The notes below the pieces were generated by a model. It was not told where the DNA came from. It worked only from the letters and a program-made list of their open reading frames with translations, and ran no database searches. From the NCBI GenBank assembly GCA_947630625.1, contig CANRIL010000009.1:15284-79283 (forward strand): a stretch of DNA of 64,000 nucleotides. The letters are read 5' to 3'. The position numbers and the translations under genes were made by a program. The DNA is from an uncultured Clostridia bacterium. GTDB lineage: Bacteria; Bacillota; Clostridia; Oscillospirales; CAG-272. Positions 1 to 9,730 of this stretch are shown here, piece by piece (position 1 is the first letter of the stretch; each line of letters starts with the position of its first letter).

Positions 1-248
1 TTTCGGAGGGCAATAAGGTCAAGGTCGTCCTGCGCTTCCGCGGGCGCGAAATGGCGCACCAGAATATCGGTCGTGATGTGCTCGCGCGGTTTGAGGAATA
101 CTGCCGCGAATACGGCACCGTCGATAAGCGCCCGGTACTTGAAGGGCGTCAGATGACGATGATGATTAATCCGGTCAAGCAGAAAGCGGATAAGTCCGAG
201 AAAAAGGAAAGCGCCGCGCCGAAGGGCGACGGCGGCGCGGGAGAATGA
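1..248 (+). CDS. infC: translation initiation factor IF-3, C-terminal part (5' end outside window)
   Basis: Reading from the window edge in the frame of ORF 51..248 gives ..[29 protein letters not shown].., the conserved IF-3 C-terminal domain. It is followed by rpmI and rplT, as in the canonical infC-rpmI-rplT operon. Confidence 0.85.
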   Translation, partial: SEGNKVKVVLRFRGREMAHQNIGRDVLARFEEYCREYGTVDKRPVLEGRQMTMMINPVKQKADKSEKKESAAPKGDGGAGE

Positions 249-291
249 TCCCCGCTATGATTTACGCTATTTCAAATTAAGGAGTACCAAA

Positions 292-486
292 ATGGGAAAG
301 ATCAAGACACATAAGGCATCTGCCAAGAGATTTTCGCTCACGGGAACGGGCAAGGTCAAGATGAACCACAGCGACCACCGTCATAAGCTCGGCAAGAAAG
401 ACACAAAACGCAAGAGACATCTTCGTTCCGGCGCCATCATGTCCGAGGCGCAGGCGCGCAATGTCAGACGCATGATAATAAAGTGA
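292..486 (+). CDS. rpmI: 50S ribosomal protein L35
   Basis: The 64-aa basic protein MGKIKTHKASAKRFSLTGTGKVK.. is the typical L35 sequence. AAGGAG lies upstream, and the gene sits between infC and rplT. Confidence 0.95.
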   Translation: MGKIKTHKASAKRFSLTGTGKVKMNHSDHRHKLGKKDTKRKRHLRSGAIMSEAQARNVRRMIIK

Positions 487-522
487 GCGCAAACGACGGG
501 AATTTAACGGAGGAACATCAAG

Positions 523-876
523 ATGGCAAGAGTTAAGGGCGCGATGATGACGCGCAAGAGAAGAAATAAAGTTTTAAAGAGCGCTAAGGGTTACTGGGGT
601 TCAAAGAGCAAGCACTTCAAGATGGCGAAAGAAGCCGTCATGAAGAGCGGCAACTACGCGTTTGCCGGAAGAAAGCAGAAGAAGCGCGATTTCCGCTCCC
701 TCTGGATCACACGTATCTCGGCGGCAGTCAAGCCGTACGGCATGAACTATTCGACGTTTATGCACGGCGTCAAGCTCGCGGGCATCGACCTCAACCGCAA
801 GATGCTCTCTGAGCTCGCAATATCCGACCGCGACGCTTTCGCCGCAGTCGTAGAGCGCGCAAAGGCAGCGCTTTGA
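523..876 (+). CDS. rplT: 50S ribosomal protein L20
   Basis: [39 protein letters not shown].. is the L20 signature N-terminus. GGAGGA RBS upstream. Confidence 0.95.
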   Translation: MARVKGAMMTRKRRNKVLKSAKGYWGSKSKHFKMAKEAVMKSGNYAFAGRKQKKRDFRSLWITRISAAVKPYGMNYSTFMHGVKLAGIDLNRKMLSELAISDRDAFAAVVERAKAAL

Positions 877-892
877 TCCGTAATATCGCTTC

Positions 893-918
893 AAAAAACC
901 GGTCAACCCCGGTTTTTT
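893..918 (+). terminator. rho-independent terminator after rplT
   Basis: AAAAAACCGG-tcaacc-CCGGTTTTTT hairpin ending in a T-run directly after the rplT stop. Confidence 0.7.
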
Positions 919-942
919 GTGCTATATATGAGGGCTTCTGAA

Positions 943-1776
943 ATGGGCGTGATATCAGCGGAAAACCGCAGCGCGGGCGGCGTTATGCGCATAACGAGCC
1001 GCCAGAATCCGACAGTCGCATGTACGGCGAAGCTGTCCGATAAAAAATACCGGGATGAAATGGGGCTGTTTCTGCTCGACGGCGTCAAGCTGGCGCTCGA
1101 GGCGCTGGCGTCCGGGCTCACGGTCGAATATATCCTTCTCTCCGAGCGCGCCGAGGGAAAATATTTCGGGGCGCTTTCGGGCAGGGGAGCCGAAATTTTT
1201 GTGCTTTCCGAGTCCGCGTTTGAGCGCGTGACAGACGAAAAGGCGCCGGAGGGCGTCGTCTCGGCGGTCAGATATTCCGACTCCGTGCGCCGGGAGTTTG
1301 TCTCCTCCGACGCTGACGACGCGCGCGGCGGGCTCATTCTCGACGGGGTGCAGAACCCTGAAAACTTCGGCGCTATCCTGCGTTCCGCGCGCGCGTTCGG
1401 CATCGGGCGCGTCATTTGCGGGGCGGGCACCGCCGACATATACGGAAGGCGCGTCATGCGCGCCTCGATGGGGGCGGCGCTTTATACGGGCGCGCTCTAT
1501 ACTGACTCCGCCGCGGGCGCGTGCCGAATGCTCACCGCGCGGGGGCACCGCGTCCTCGCGGCGATGCCGAGGGACTGTTCCTCGCCGCTTGGGGAATTTC
1601 GCTTCCAGCCCGGCGACTATATCGTCATCGGAAACGAGGGGCACGGCATCAGCGGCGAGGTTTTGGACGAGACTACCGGGAGCGTCCACATCCCCATGGG
1701 AAAGGGGCAGGAATCGCTCAACGCCGCGTCCGCCGCGGCGGTGATAATGTGGGAAATGTACCGTACAGGCGGCTGA
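943..1776 (+). CDS. TrmH/SpoU-family RNA 2'-O-methyltransferase
   Basis: SpoU motifs are present: NPENFGAILRSARAFG, IGNEGHGIS, SLNAASAAAVIMWE. The start is ambiguous: GTG 919, ATG 943 (GAGGG 8 nt upstream) or ATG 985 (MRITSRQNP..). The stop at 1774-1776 is firm. Confidence 0.85.
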   Translation: MGVISAENRSAGGVMRITSRQNPTVACTAKLSDKKYRDEMGLFLLDGVKLALEALASGLTVEYILLSERAEGKYFGALSGRGAEIFVLSESAFERVTDEKAPEGVVSAVRYSDSVRREFVSSDADDARGGLILDGVQNPENFGAILRSARAFGIGRVICGAGTADIYGRRVMRASMGAALYTGALYTDSAAGACRMLTARGHRVLAAMPRDCSSPLGEFRFQPGDYIVIGNEGHGISGEVLDETTGSVHIPMGKGQESLNAASAAAVIMWEMYRTGG

Positions 1777-1895
1777 CGCGGGAAATTTTAATTGGGATTT
1801 CACATACAACGCCGCGTCCGCCGCGGCGGTGATAATGCGGGGATGTACCGTACAGGCGGCTGATACGGGAAAAATCAACTGGAATTTCACATACA
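1721..1895. repeat. tandem direct duplication (88 bp + 87 bp) of the methyltransferase 3' end
   Basis: 1721-1808 (last 18 codons, stop and 32 nt downstream) is repeated head-to-tail at 1809-1895. There are a few substitutions and a 1-nt deletion (atgtgggaaatgtacc vs atgcggggatgtacc). Confidence 0.9.
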
Positions 1896-1938
1896 ATTTC
1901 GCAAAACAAATATGATCTGATCCTTTAGGAGGTGCAGC

Positions 1939-3288
1939 ATGTCCGACCGGCTGATGTGGGTGTGGCTGTCGCTCGCGTGCGGCGCGGGCAGCCGCGTATA
2001 CAACAAGCTTTTCGCGTCTTTTTCGACGCTGTTTGAAATATACGACGCGCCGGTCGAACGGTTCCTCGAGATCGACGGCATCAGCAGCGAAACGGCGGCG
2101 GCTCTCGCGAACAAGGACACGACGGAAGCCGAGAGGATCCTTTCGCTCTGCCGCAGCCGCGGCTGGGGAGTGCTCACTTACGGCGACAAGGCGTATCCGA
2201 AGCGGCTGAAGGCGCTCGAAGACCCGCCGGTCGTACTGTATCTCCGCGGGAATCTGCTTCACCTTGACGACGAGGTGTGCATCGCCGTCGTCGGCACGAG
2301 GAGCATGACCGAATACGGAGAAAAACAGGCTTACAGCCTGTCGTTCGCACTTGCCGCCGGCGGGGCCGTCGTCGTCTCCGGCATGGCGCTCGGATGCGAT
2401 GCGATGGCGGCGAACGGCGCGCTCGACGCCGGCGCGCCGACTGTCGCCGTGCTCGGCTGCGGGATAGACATCGTATATCCGCGCCAGCACAAAAAGCTCG
2501 CCGACACCATTGAGAAAAACGGGATGATAATCACCGAATATCCGCCGGGCTCCCCTCCCATGGGCGAGCATTTCCCGGTTCGCAACCGCATAATCAGCGG
2601 GCTTTCGCAGGGCGCGCTGATCGTTGAAGCGCCTTCAAGGAGCGGCGCGCTCATAACGGCGAGAAAGGCGGCGGCGCAGGGAAGAGATATATTCGCGGTC
2701 CCCGGCGAGATAGGCCGCGAGAGCAGCGAGGGCTGCAACGAACTTATAAAGAACGGCGCACGCGCCGTGACGACCGCCGCGGACGTGCTAAGCGTATACG
2801 AATTCGTCTATCCGCATAGGATAAACGTTGAGGCGGCGATAATGGCGGAAAAAATCCACTCGCCCGAATTCGGCCGCAAGTCCGCACAGCGGCGCATGAT
2901 CGGCTCGCGCACGAGCCGCGAGGACAAGCGCGCCGCCAAGCGCATGAAACAGGAAACGCGGGAGCTTTTGACATACGACAGCCGCGAAAAGAAGGAAACA
3001 CGGGAGTTTTCTGACGGCAGCCAAAAGGCAGCCGATACGTCTTATTCCTTCGAGGCCGAACGGCGGGAAAACGAAGCGCCGCCGGGGCTTGACGCCGAGG
3101 CTGTCAGGGCGGAGCTCTCCGGAAATGAACTCATCGTCTTTGACGCTATCGGCAGCGGCGAGATAACGCCTGACGAGCTGACGGCGCAGGGACTCACGCT
3201 CCCCGACGTTATGGGCGCGCTGACGATGCTCGAACTGTCCGGATTCGTGACGGCAGCTCCCGGCGGGCGTTACCGACGCGGGAAATGA
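1939..3288 (+). CDS. dprA: DNA processing protein DprA (Smf), long form
   Basis: Rossmann-fold core motifs: GTRSMTEYGEKQA, VVSGMALGCDAMA, VLGCGIDIVYPRQH, FPVRNRIISGLS, VVEAPSRSGALITA. AGGAGG RBS. It precedes topA, as in Firmicutes. Confidence 0.9.
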   Translation: MSDRLMWVWLSLACGAGSRVYNKLFASFSTLFEIYDAPVERFLEIDGISSETAAALANKDTTEAERILSLCRSRGWGVLTYGDKAYPKRLKALEDPPVVLYLRGNLLHLDDEVCIAVVGTRSMTEYGEKQAYSLSFALAAGGAVVVSGMALGCDAMAANGALDAGAPTVAVLGCGIDIVYPRQHKKLADTIEKNGMIITEYPPGSPPMGEHFPVRNRIISGLSQGALIVEAPSRSGALITARKAAAQGRDIFAVPGEIGRESSEGCNELIKNGARAVTTAADVLSVYEFVYPHRINVEAAIMAEKIHSPEFGRKSAQRRMIGSRTSREDKRAAKRMKQETRELLTYDSREKKETREFSDGSQKAADTSYSFEAERRENEAPPGLDAEAVRAELSGNELIVFDAIGSGEITPDELTAQGLTLPDVMGALTMLELSGFVTAAPGGRYRRGK

Positions 3289-3337
3289 CAATAAAATCCG
3301 AAATCAATTCAAAAATATATATAAATTAAGGGTAAAA

Positions 3338-5593
3338 ATGACAACACTTATAATCATGGAGTCGCCGACGAAGGCGAAAACAGTAAAAGGATATCTCGGG
3401 TCGAGCTACCGTGTCATCGCGTCGAAGGGGCACGTGCGCGACCTGCCGAAGAGTACGCTCGGCGTTGATATCGAGGACGATTTCAAGCCGAAATACATCA
3501 ACATCCGCGGCAAAGGCGAACTGATAAAGGAGCTTCGCCGCGAGGTCAAAAACGCAGATCGCGTTCTGCTCGCGACGGACCCTGACCGCGAGGGAGAGGC
3601 GATCGCGTGGCACCTTTCCGTCGTGCTCGGCATACCGCTCGACGGAAAGCAGAGGGTCACGTTCAACGAGATCACGAAAAATGTCGTCCGCGATTCGTTA
3701 AAGCATCCGCGCCCGCTCGACATGGGGCTCGTCAACGCGCAGCAGGCAAGGCGCATACTTGACAGGATCGTCGGATATAAGCTGTCGCCGTATCTCTGGA
3801 GCACGGTGCGCAGCGGGCTTTCCGCCGGACGCGTCCAGTCCGTGGCGACGCGGATAATCGTCGACAGGGAGGACGAGATACGCGCGTTCGTCCCGGAGGA
3901 ATACTGGACTGTCGACGCGCTGCTAAAGACGCCGCAGGGCGACCCCGTAAAGGCGCGCTTCTGGGGCGACAAAAACGGTAAGATCGCGCTTTCAAACGAA
4001 GCTGAAGCGGCAGCGGTCGTCGAATCGTCGAAGAAGGCAGGCTTTGTCGCGTCCGAGGTGAAGCATTCGATGAAGCAGCGCCAGCCGTCCCCGCCTTTCA
4101 CGACCTCGACCTTGCAGCAGGAGGCGTCGCGAAAGCTGAATTTCCAGTCCGGCCGCACGATGCGCGCCGCGCAGGAGCTTTATGAAGGCGTCGACCTCGG
4201 CTCGGAATTCGGCGGCGTGCAGGGTCTTATCACGTATATGAGAACGGACTCCGTCCGCGTGTCCGCGGAGGCACAGGCGGATACGCTTTCGTACATCAAC
4301 GAAAAGTACGGCGCGAGATACGCGCCGCCGTCCCCGCGCCAGTATAAGACGAGGGCGGGCGCGCAGGACGCCCACGAGGCGATCCGCCCTGCCAACATGT
4401 CGCTTGAACCGGCAAAGATCAGGCGGATGCTGACTGCCGACCAATATAGACTTTATAAACTCATATGGAACAGGTTCGTCGCGAGCCAGATGGCGTCGGC
4501 GGAGATCGCCGCCGTCACGATCAGCTTTAATTCCGGCGAATACATCTACCGCGCGAGCGGCAGCACGGTGAAATTCCCCGGCTTCCTCGCCGTCTACGAG
4601 GAATCGACGGACGACAACAAGGAAAGCGAGGACGGCGACAAGCTGCTCCCGCCGATAAACGACGGGGACGTAATGACGACGTGCGACGTTGTTCCCGAAC
4701 AGCATTACACGGAGCCGCCCGCAAGATACACGGAAGCGTCGCTGATCAAATATCTTGAAGAGCTTGGGATCGGCCGTCCGAGCACGTTCCCGATGATAGT
4801 CCCGACAATAACGCAGCGCGGATACGTGACGCGGCAGGGCAAATCGCTCCTGCCGACCTCCCTCGGCGAGACGACGACGAAGCTGATGAAGGAAAGCTTC
4901 CCCGACATCGTTGACTGCCAGTTCACGGCGACGATGGAGACGCGCCTTGACGAGATCGAGGAAGGTCAGCGCACGATGCAGGGCGTTCTCAGCGACTTTT
5001 ACGTCGGCTTTTCGGAAGAGCTCGAACGCGCGAACAGCGCGGCTGTCAAGCTGGAGGTCCCGCCGGAGGAGACTGACCTCATCTGCGAGAAGTGCGGCGC
5101 GAGAATGATAGTGAAAAACGGACGCTTCGGCAAGTTTGCCGCATGCCCGAACTATCCCGAGTGCAAGAACACAAAGCCGCTCGACAAGCCTGCCGCCGAA
5201 AAGAAGGCGGCGGAGGAACAGGCGCAGCCCACGGGGTTGAAATGCGAGCTCTGCGGCGGGGACATGGTGCTTCGCCACGGCAGATACGGCAATTTCTACG
5301 CATGCTCCAATTATCCCGAATGCAAATACACGCGCCCTTACGGGCAGAAGATAGACGTTAAGTGCCCGAAGTGCGGCTCCGATATACTGACAAAATGGGG
5401 GCGCAACAAGTCGATGTTTTACAGCTGCGTCCGCTACCCGGAATGCGATTTCTCGTCCTGGGACAGACCGACGAAGGAAGTCTGCCCGAAGTGCGGAGGG
5501 ATGCTGTTCCACAAGAAGGGCAAAGCGCAGCTCGTATGCAAGACGGAGGGCTGCGGATATAAGCGCGAGGCGGCGGAGGACGAAGAAAAGTGA
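3338..5593 (+). CDS. topA: DNA topoisomerase I
   Basis: TOPRIM start MTTLIIMESPTKAKTVKGYLG, DPDREGEAIAWH, and the active-site region GLITYMRTDS. There are four C-terminal CxxC..CxxC zinc ribbons. Confidence 0.97.
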   Translation: MTTLIIMESPTKAKTVKGYLGSSYRVIASKGHVRDLPKSTLGVDIEDDFKPKYINIRGKGELIKELRREVKNADRVLLATDPDREGEAIAWHLSVVLGIPLDGKQRVTFNEITKNVVRDSLKHPRPLDMGLVNAQQARRILDRIVGYKLSPYLWSTVRSGLSAGRVQSVATRIIVDREDEIRAFVPEEYWTVDALLKTPQGDPVKARFWGDKNGKIALSNEAEAAAVVESSKKAGFVASEVKHSMKQRQPSPPFTTSTLQQEASRKLNFQSGRTMRAAQELYEGVDLGSEFGGVQGLITYMRTDSVRVSAEAQADTLSYINEKYGARYAPPSPRQYKTRAGAQDAHEAIRPANMSLEPAKIRRMLTADQYRLYKLIWNRFVASQMASAEIAAVTISFNSGEYIYRASGSTVKFPGFLAVYEESTDDNKESEDGDKLLPPINDGDVMTTCDVVPEQHYTEPPARYTEASLIKYLEELGIGRPSTFPMIVPTITQRGYVTRQGKSLLPTSLGETTTKLMKESFPDIVDCQFTATMETRLDEIEEGQRTMQGVLSDFYVGFSEELERANSAAVKLEVPPEETDLICEKCGARMIVKNGRFGKFAACPNYPECKNTKPLDKPAAEKKAAEEQAQPTGLKCELCGGDMVLRHGRYGNFYACSNYPECKYTRPYGQKIDVKCPKCGSDILTKWGRNKSMFYSCVRYPECDFSSWDRPTKEVCPKCGGMLFHKKGKAQLVCKTEGCGYKREAAEDEEK

Positions 5594-6915
5594 GTCTCGT
5601 TCGCGTTATAGGCGCGGGGCTCGCCGGGTGCGAGGCGGCGTGGCAGGCGGCGCGCCGCGGAGTCGATGTAGAGCTCTATGAGATGAAGCCCGGCTCACAT
5701 ACGCCCGCGCACAAAACGGACGGAATGGCGGAGCTCGTCTGCTCGAATTCGCTCCGCTCAAACGAGGTGTCGAACGCGGTCGGACTTCTTAAAGAAGAGA
5801 TGCGGCGTTCGTCCTCGCTCATCATGGAGGCGGCGGACAAAACGCGCGTTCCCGCGGGTTCGGCGCTCGCCGTCGACAGGCGCGCGTTCTCCGATTATAT
5901 CACCGATAAGATCCGCTCGCACGGGCGGATCACCGTATACGAGCGCGAGGTGACGGAGATACCGGATGACGGCACCGTCACGGTGATCGCGACCGGGCCG
6001 CTCACGAGCGATGCGCTCTCTGACTGGATCGGGGAGACGCTCGGGCTTTCGAAGCTGCATTTCTTCGACGCCGCCGCGCCGATAGTGGACGGCGGGACGA
6101 TAGACTATGACCGCGCGTTTTTCGCGTCGCGATACGGGCGGGGAGAGCCGACCGATTACCTGAACCTCCCGATGACGAAGGAGGAATACGACGCGTTTTA
6201 TGACGCGCTCGTGTCGGCGAGAGTCGCGGAGCTCCACGGCGAGGACGGCGGCCTGACAGTGTTCGAGGGGTGCATGCCCGTTGAGGTCATGGCAGCCCGC
6301 GGGCGGGACACGCTGCGGTTCGGCCCGATGAAGCCGGTCGGGCTCACGGTCCCATCGACCGGGCGCGAGGCATACGCCGTCGTGCAGCTTCGCCGCGAGG
6401 ACGAGGCGGGAACGATGTACAACCTCGTCGGATTTCAGACGCACCTTGCGTTCCCCGAACAGAAGCGCGTTTTCGGCATGATACCGGGGCTTGCCGAGGC
6501 GGAATTTCTGCGGTACGGCGTAATGCACAGGAACACGTATATAAATTCGCCCGGCGTGCTCTCTCGCACGTATTCGCTGAGATCGCGCCCGCGGCTTTAT
6601 TTCGCCGGGCAGATGACCGGGGTCGAAGGCTATGTCGAGAGCGCGGCGTCCGGGCTTTACGCCGGGATAAACGCGGCGCGGCGCGCGCTCGGCATGGACG
6701 AGCTTATTTTGCCGGTCGAAACGATGACGGGCGCGATGGGCGCTTACGTTGAGACGGGCGGGCTGTCAGGCGATTTTCAGCCGATGAACGCCAATTTCGG
6801 AATAATCGCGCCGCTTGACTACAAAGTGCGCGGAGGAAAGCGCGCGAGGGGCGCGGAATACGCGAAGCGCGCGCTTGAAATAATAGACAAAATGAAGGGA
6901 GAGGGACTTATATGA
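5590..6915 (+). CDS. trmFO: methylenetetrahydrofolate--tRNA-(uracil-5-)-methyltransferase TrmFO
   Basis: The FAD-binding N-terminus VRVIGAGLAGCEAAWQAARRG, ..AELVCSNSLRS.. and its position after topA all match TrmFO/Gid. The GTG start overlaps the topA stop (GTGA). Confidence 0.93.
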   Translation: MSLVRVIGAGLAGCEAAWQAARRGVDVELYEMKPGSHTPAHKTDGMAELVCSNSLRSNEVSNAVGLLKEEMRRSSSLIMEAADKTRVPAGSALAVDRRAFSDYITDKIRSHGRITVYEREVTEIPDDGTVTVIATGPLTSDALSDWIGETLGLSKLHFFDAAAPIVDGGTIDYDRAFFASRYGRGEPTDYLNLPMTKEEYDAFYDALVSARVAELHGEDGGLTVFEGCMPVEVMAARGRDTLRFGPMKPVGLTVPSTGREAYAVVQLRREDEAGTMYNLVGFQTHLAFPEQKRVFGMIPGLAEAEFLRYGVMHRNTYINSPGVLSRTYSLRSRPRLYFAGQMTGVEGYVESAASGLYAGINAARRALGMDELILPVETMTGAMGAYVETGGLSGDFQPMNANFGIIAPLDYKVRGGKRARGAEYAKRALEIIDKMKGEGLI

Positions 6916-7949
6916 GAATAATCGTTGATGCGATGGGCGGCGACAACGCGCCGGGCGCGGTCGTCGAGGGCGTCGCTATGGCGCGGGACGAGCTTGCCGG
7001 GAAAGCGTCGCTTACGCTCGTAGGAGACAAGGATAAGATCGCTGCAGCTGCAAACGAGGCGGTAGTCTCGCTTGACGGCATCGACATCGTACATACGGAT
7101 ATCGCGATCTCGATGGAAGAATCCCCGATGCTGATGGCGAAAAGCAAAAAGGAATGTTCGATGGCGATAGGCCTTAAGATGCTGACGGAAAACAGGCGCA
7201 ATACTTACGGCGTCGTCGGAGACGCGTTCGTATCCGCCGGAAGCACGGGCGCGCTCCATATGGGCAGCTCCCTTTTTGTCGGCAGACTCGCGGGCGTGCG
7301 CAGACCTGGGATCGCGGTGCTCATGCCGTTCACGCCGCCCGTCCTTTTGATGGATTCGGGCGCGAACCCGACGGCGAAGCCCGAATACCTCTATCAGTGG
7401 GCTGTCGTCGGCTCCGTCTATATGAGAACGGTGCTTGGAATAGAAAACCCGCGCGTCGGGCTGCTCAACAACGGCACCGAGGAATGCAAGGGCAACGAGA
7501 TGAGCGTCGAGGCGCACCGTCTGCTCGCGGGCTCATCGCTGAATTTTGTCGGCAACATAGAGGCGCGCGAGATACCGTTCGGCGCGTGTGACATAATCGT
7601 GTGCGACGGCTTCACCGGGAACGTCGTTTTGAAGCTGACCGAGGGAATGGGCAAATTCATGCTTGGAAAACTGAAGGACATATATTCGTCCGGGGCGCTC
7701 GCCGGGCTTTCGTATATGATGATAAAGTCAAAGCTGCACGACATGAAGCATTCGCTCGATTCGTCGGAGTACGGCGGCGCGCCGTTTCTGGGGCTTGACA
7801 GACCGGTGTTCAAGGCGCACGGCAGCTCAGACGGGCGCGCGATACGCAGCGCGATACTCGGCGCCGTCAGATGCGTCGAGCTTGACGTTGTCGGCAGGAT
7901 GCGCGAGGAGCTTGACGCGCTCGGCATAGATTTCGCCGACAAGGAATAA
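6912..7949 (+). CDS. plsX: phosphate acyltransferase PlsX
   Basis: MRIIVDAMGGDNAPGAVVEG.., ..DGFTGNVVLK.., ..YGGAPFLG... ATGA overlap with trmFO. Confidence 0.93.
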   Translation: MRIIVDAMGGDNAPGAVVEGVAMARDELAGKASLTLVGDKDKIAAAANEAVVSLDGIDIVHTDIAISMEESPMLMAKSKKECSMAIGLKMLTENRRNTYGVVGDAFVSAGSTGALHMGSSLFVGRLAGVRRPGIAVLMPFTPPVLLMDSGANPTAKPEYLYQWAVVGSVYMRTVLGIENPRVGLLNNGTEECKGNEMSVEAHRLLAGSSLNFVGNIEAREIPFGACDIIVCDGFTGNVVLKLTEGMGKFMLGKLKDIYSSGALAGLSYMMIKSKLHDMKHSLDSSEYGGAPFLGLDRPVFKAHGSSDGRAIRSAILGAVRCVELDVVGRMREELDALGIDFADKE

Positions 7950-7970
7950 TAGATCAGTACATAAACGGTA

Positions 7971-8711
7971 ATGGAGGTGTCAGACGTGCCGGAATATCCG
8001 CTGCCGATAGAACTGCTCGAGGAGAGGATCGGCTACAAATTCAATGACAAAGCGCTTGCCGTGCGCGCTATGACGCACTCGTCATATTCAAATGAAAACC
8101 GCGACCGCGGCGCCTGCAACGAGCGGCTTGAATTTTTCGGAGACTCCGTTTTGTCGCTTGTCGTGAGCGAGTACCTTTTCAAAAATTACAAAAGCAAACA
8201 GGAGGGCGAGCTGACGCGCATACGCGCGTCGCTCGTTTGCGAGGGTGCGCTCGCGGAATACGCGGAGAAGATCGGCCTTGGCGAATTTTTGTATCTCGGA
8301 CGAGGCGAGGACAGGGGAAACGGCAGACACAGAAAGTCCATAATCTCGGACGCGTATGAAGCGCTGATCGCCGCCGTCTATATAGACAACGAATCGGCGG
8401 GCGGCGATGGGAAGAGCGCGGTCGCCTCGTTCATCATGCCGTACGTCAAAGACGAGCTTGACCGGCTCGGAAGCGCGACCGACTATTTTGATTATAAAAC
8501 GCTCTTGCAGCAGGTCATCCAGCAGGCGGAAGGCGAGCTGCTTGAATACGTCGTTACGGGCGAGTCGGGTCCCGACCACGACAAAGTTTTCACGGTCGAG
8601 GCGCGGCTGAACAGCAACATAATCGGCCACGGAGAGGGGCATTCAAAGCGCGCGGCGGAGCAGGCGGCGGCAAAAGAGGCGCTCCGCCTTTTCGGGGTGA
8701 ACGAGAATTGA
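7971..8711 (+). CDS. rnc: ribonuclease III
   Basis: RNase III signature ERLEFFGDSVLSLVVSEYLF, plus a C-terminal dsRBD (GPDHDKVFTVEARL.. SKRAAEQAAAKEAL). Confidence 0.93.
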   Translation: MEVSDVPEYPLPIELLEERIGYKFNDKALAVRAMTHSSYSNENRDRGACNERLEFFGDSVLSLVVSEYLFKNYKSKQEGELTRIRASLVCEGALAEYAEKIGLGEFLYLGRGEDRGNGRHRKSIISDAYEALIAAVYIDNESAGGDGKSAVASFIMPYVKDELDRLGSATDYFDYKTLLQQVIQQAEGELLEYVVTGESGPDHDKVFTVEARLNSNIIGHGEGHSKRAAEQAAAKEALRLFGVNEN

Positions 8712-9715
8712 GACACGTCAACATTCCCGTGTTCATTCCGCATCTCGGCTGCCCGCATATGTGCGTTTTCTGCAACCAGAAGACGATCTCCGGAGCCGGT
8801 GACTTTGAGATTTCTCAGTTTGAAAAAACAGTCGAGCAGGCGCTCGCCACCGTTTCGCCCGAGGACGACTGCGAGATCGCGTTTTTCGGCGGGTCGTTCA
8901 CCGGGATCGACCGCGGGCTCATGACGGAGCTGCTTGAGCGCGCGGAGCTGTATGTAAAGGCGGGGCGCGTGTCCCGCATACGCTGCTCGACCAGACCCGA
9001 TTATATAGACGACGAAATCCTCGATATACTTAGAAAATATACGATGGGGACGGTCGAGCTTGGGATACAGTCCATGTCCGACCGAGTGCTCGCGCTTTCG
9101 GGGCGCGGACACACGGGGGACGACTCGCGGCGCGCGTGCAAGCTTCTGCTGTCGCGCGGATTCACGGTCGGCGGGCAGATGATGATCGGGCTGCCGGGGT
9201 CGACGGCCGAGGACGAGCTTTCGTGCGCGCATTTTATTGCGGAGGCGGGCTGCCGCGAGGCGCGCGTTTACCCGACGATAGTTTTCCGCGGGACGGAGCT
9301 TTCGCGTATGATGGCGCGCGGGGAATATTCTCCGCTGTCCGTCGATGAGGCGGTCGAGCGAGTTGCCCCCGTGCTCGAAATATTTGACCGCGCGGACGTG
9401 AATGTCCTGCGCGTCGGGCTGTGCGACAGCGAAAATCTGCACGGCGACGAATACGAGGCGGGACCGAATCACGCCTCGATCGGCGAGCTGTCGTCGTCAA
9501 GGTTGTTTTTGAAAAGGATCGGGGAAGCGCTCGGCTGTGCCGATGTTTCCGGCCGCACGCTGACCGTGCTCGTCCCGCGCGGCGCCGTTTCAAAGGCTTC
9601 CGGAAACAAAGGACGCAACAGGTGGGCGATAATGCGCGAATACGCTCCCAAAAAACTGCGCTTCCGGGAAGACGGCGCGCTTCGCGGATACAATGTAAAG
9701 ATCGAAATTACCTGA
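8708..9715 (+). CDS. radical SAM protein, Elp3-like (COG1243-type)
   Basis: CxxxCxxC cluster at the N-terminus (IPHLGCPHMCVFCNQ). It holds the conserved position between rnc and smc seen in Clostridia. The TTG start overlaps the rnc stop. Confidence 0.8.
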   Translation: MRHVNIPVFIPHLGCPHMCVFCNQKTISGAGDFEISQFEKTVEQALATVSPEDDCEIAFFGGSFTGIDRGLMTELLERAELYVKAGRVSRIRCSTRPDYIDDEILDILRKYTMGTVELGIQSMSDRVLALSGRGHTGDDSRRACKLLLSRGFTVGGQMMIGLPGSTAEDELSCAHFIAEAGCREARVYPTIVFRGTELSRMMARGEYSPLSVDEAVERVAPVLEIFDRADVNVLRVGLCDSENLHGDEYEAGPNHASIGELSSSRLFLKRIGEALGCADVSGRTLTVLVPRGAVSKASGNKGRNRWAIMREYAPKKLRFREDGALRGYNVKIEIT

Positions 9716-9730
9716 AGGACATAGATAAAC

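Noticed and set aside
955-2571. 538-aa ORF on the minus strand spanning the methyltransferase and dprA genes.
   Set aside because: It runs antisense to two genes with clear family motifs and has an R/A/G/P-rich composition, as expected for the stop-poor reverse frame of GC-rich coding DNA. It has no RBS and crosses an intergenic repeat.
3992-5512. 506-aa minus-strand ORF inside topA.
   Set aside because: It is antisense to an unambiguous topoisomerase I gene. The R/L/A-rich low-complexity translation is a GC-skew artefact.
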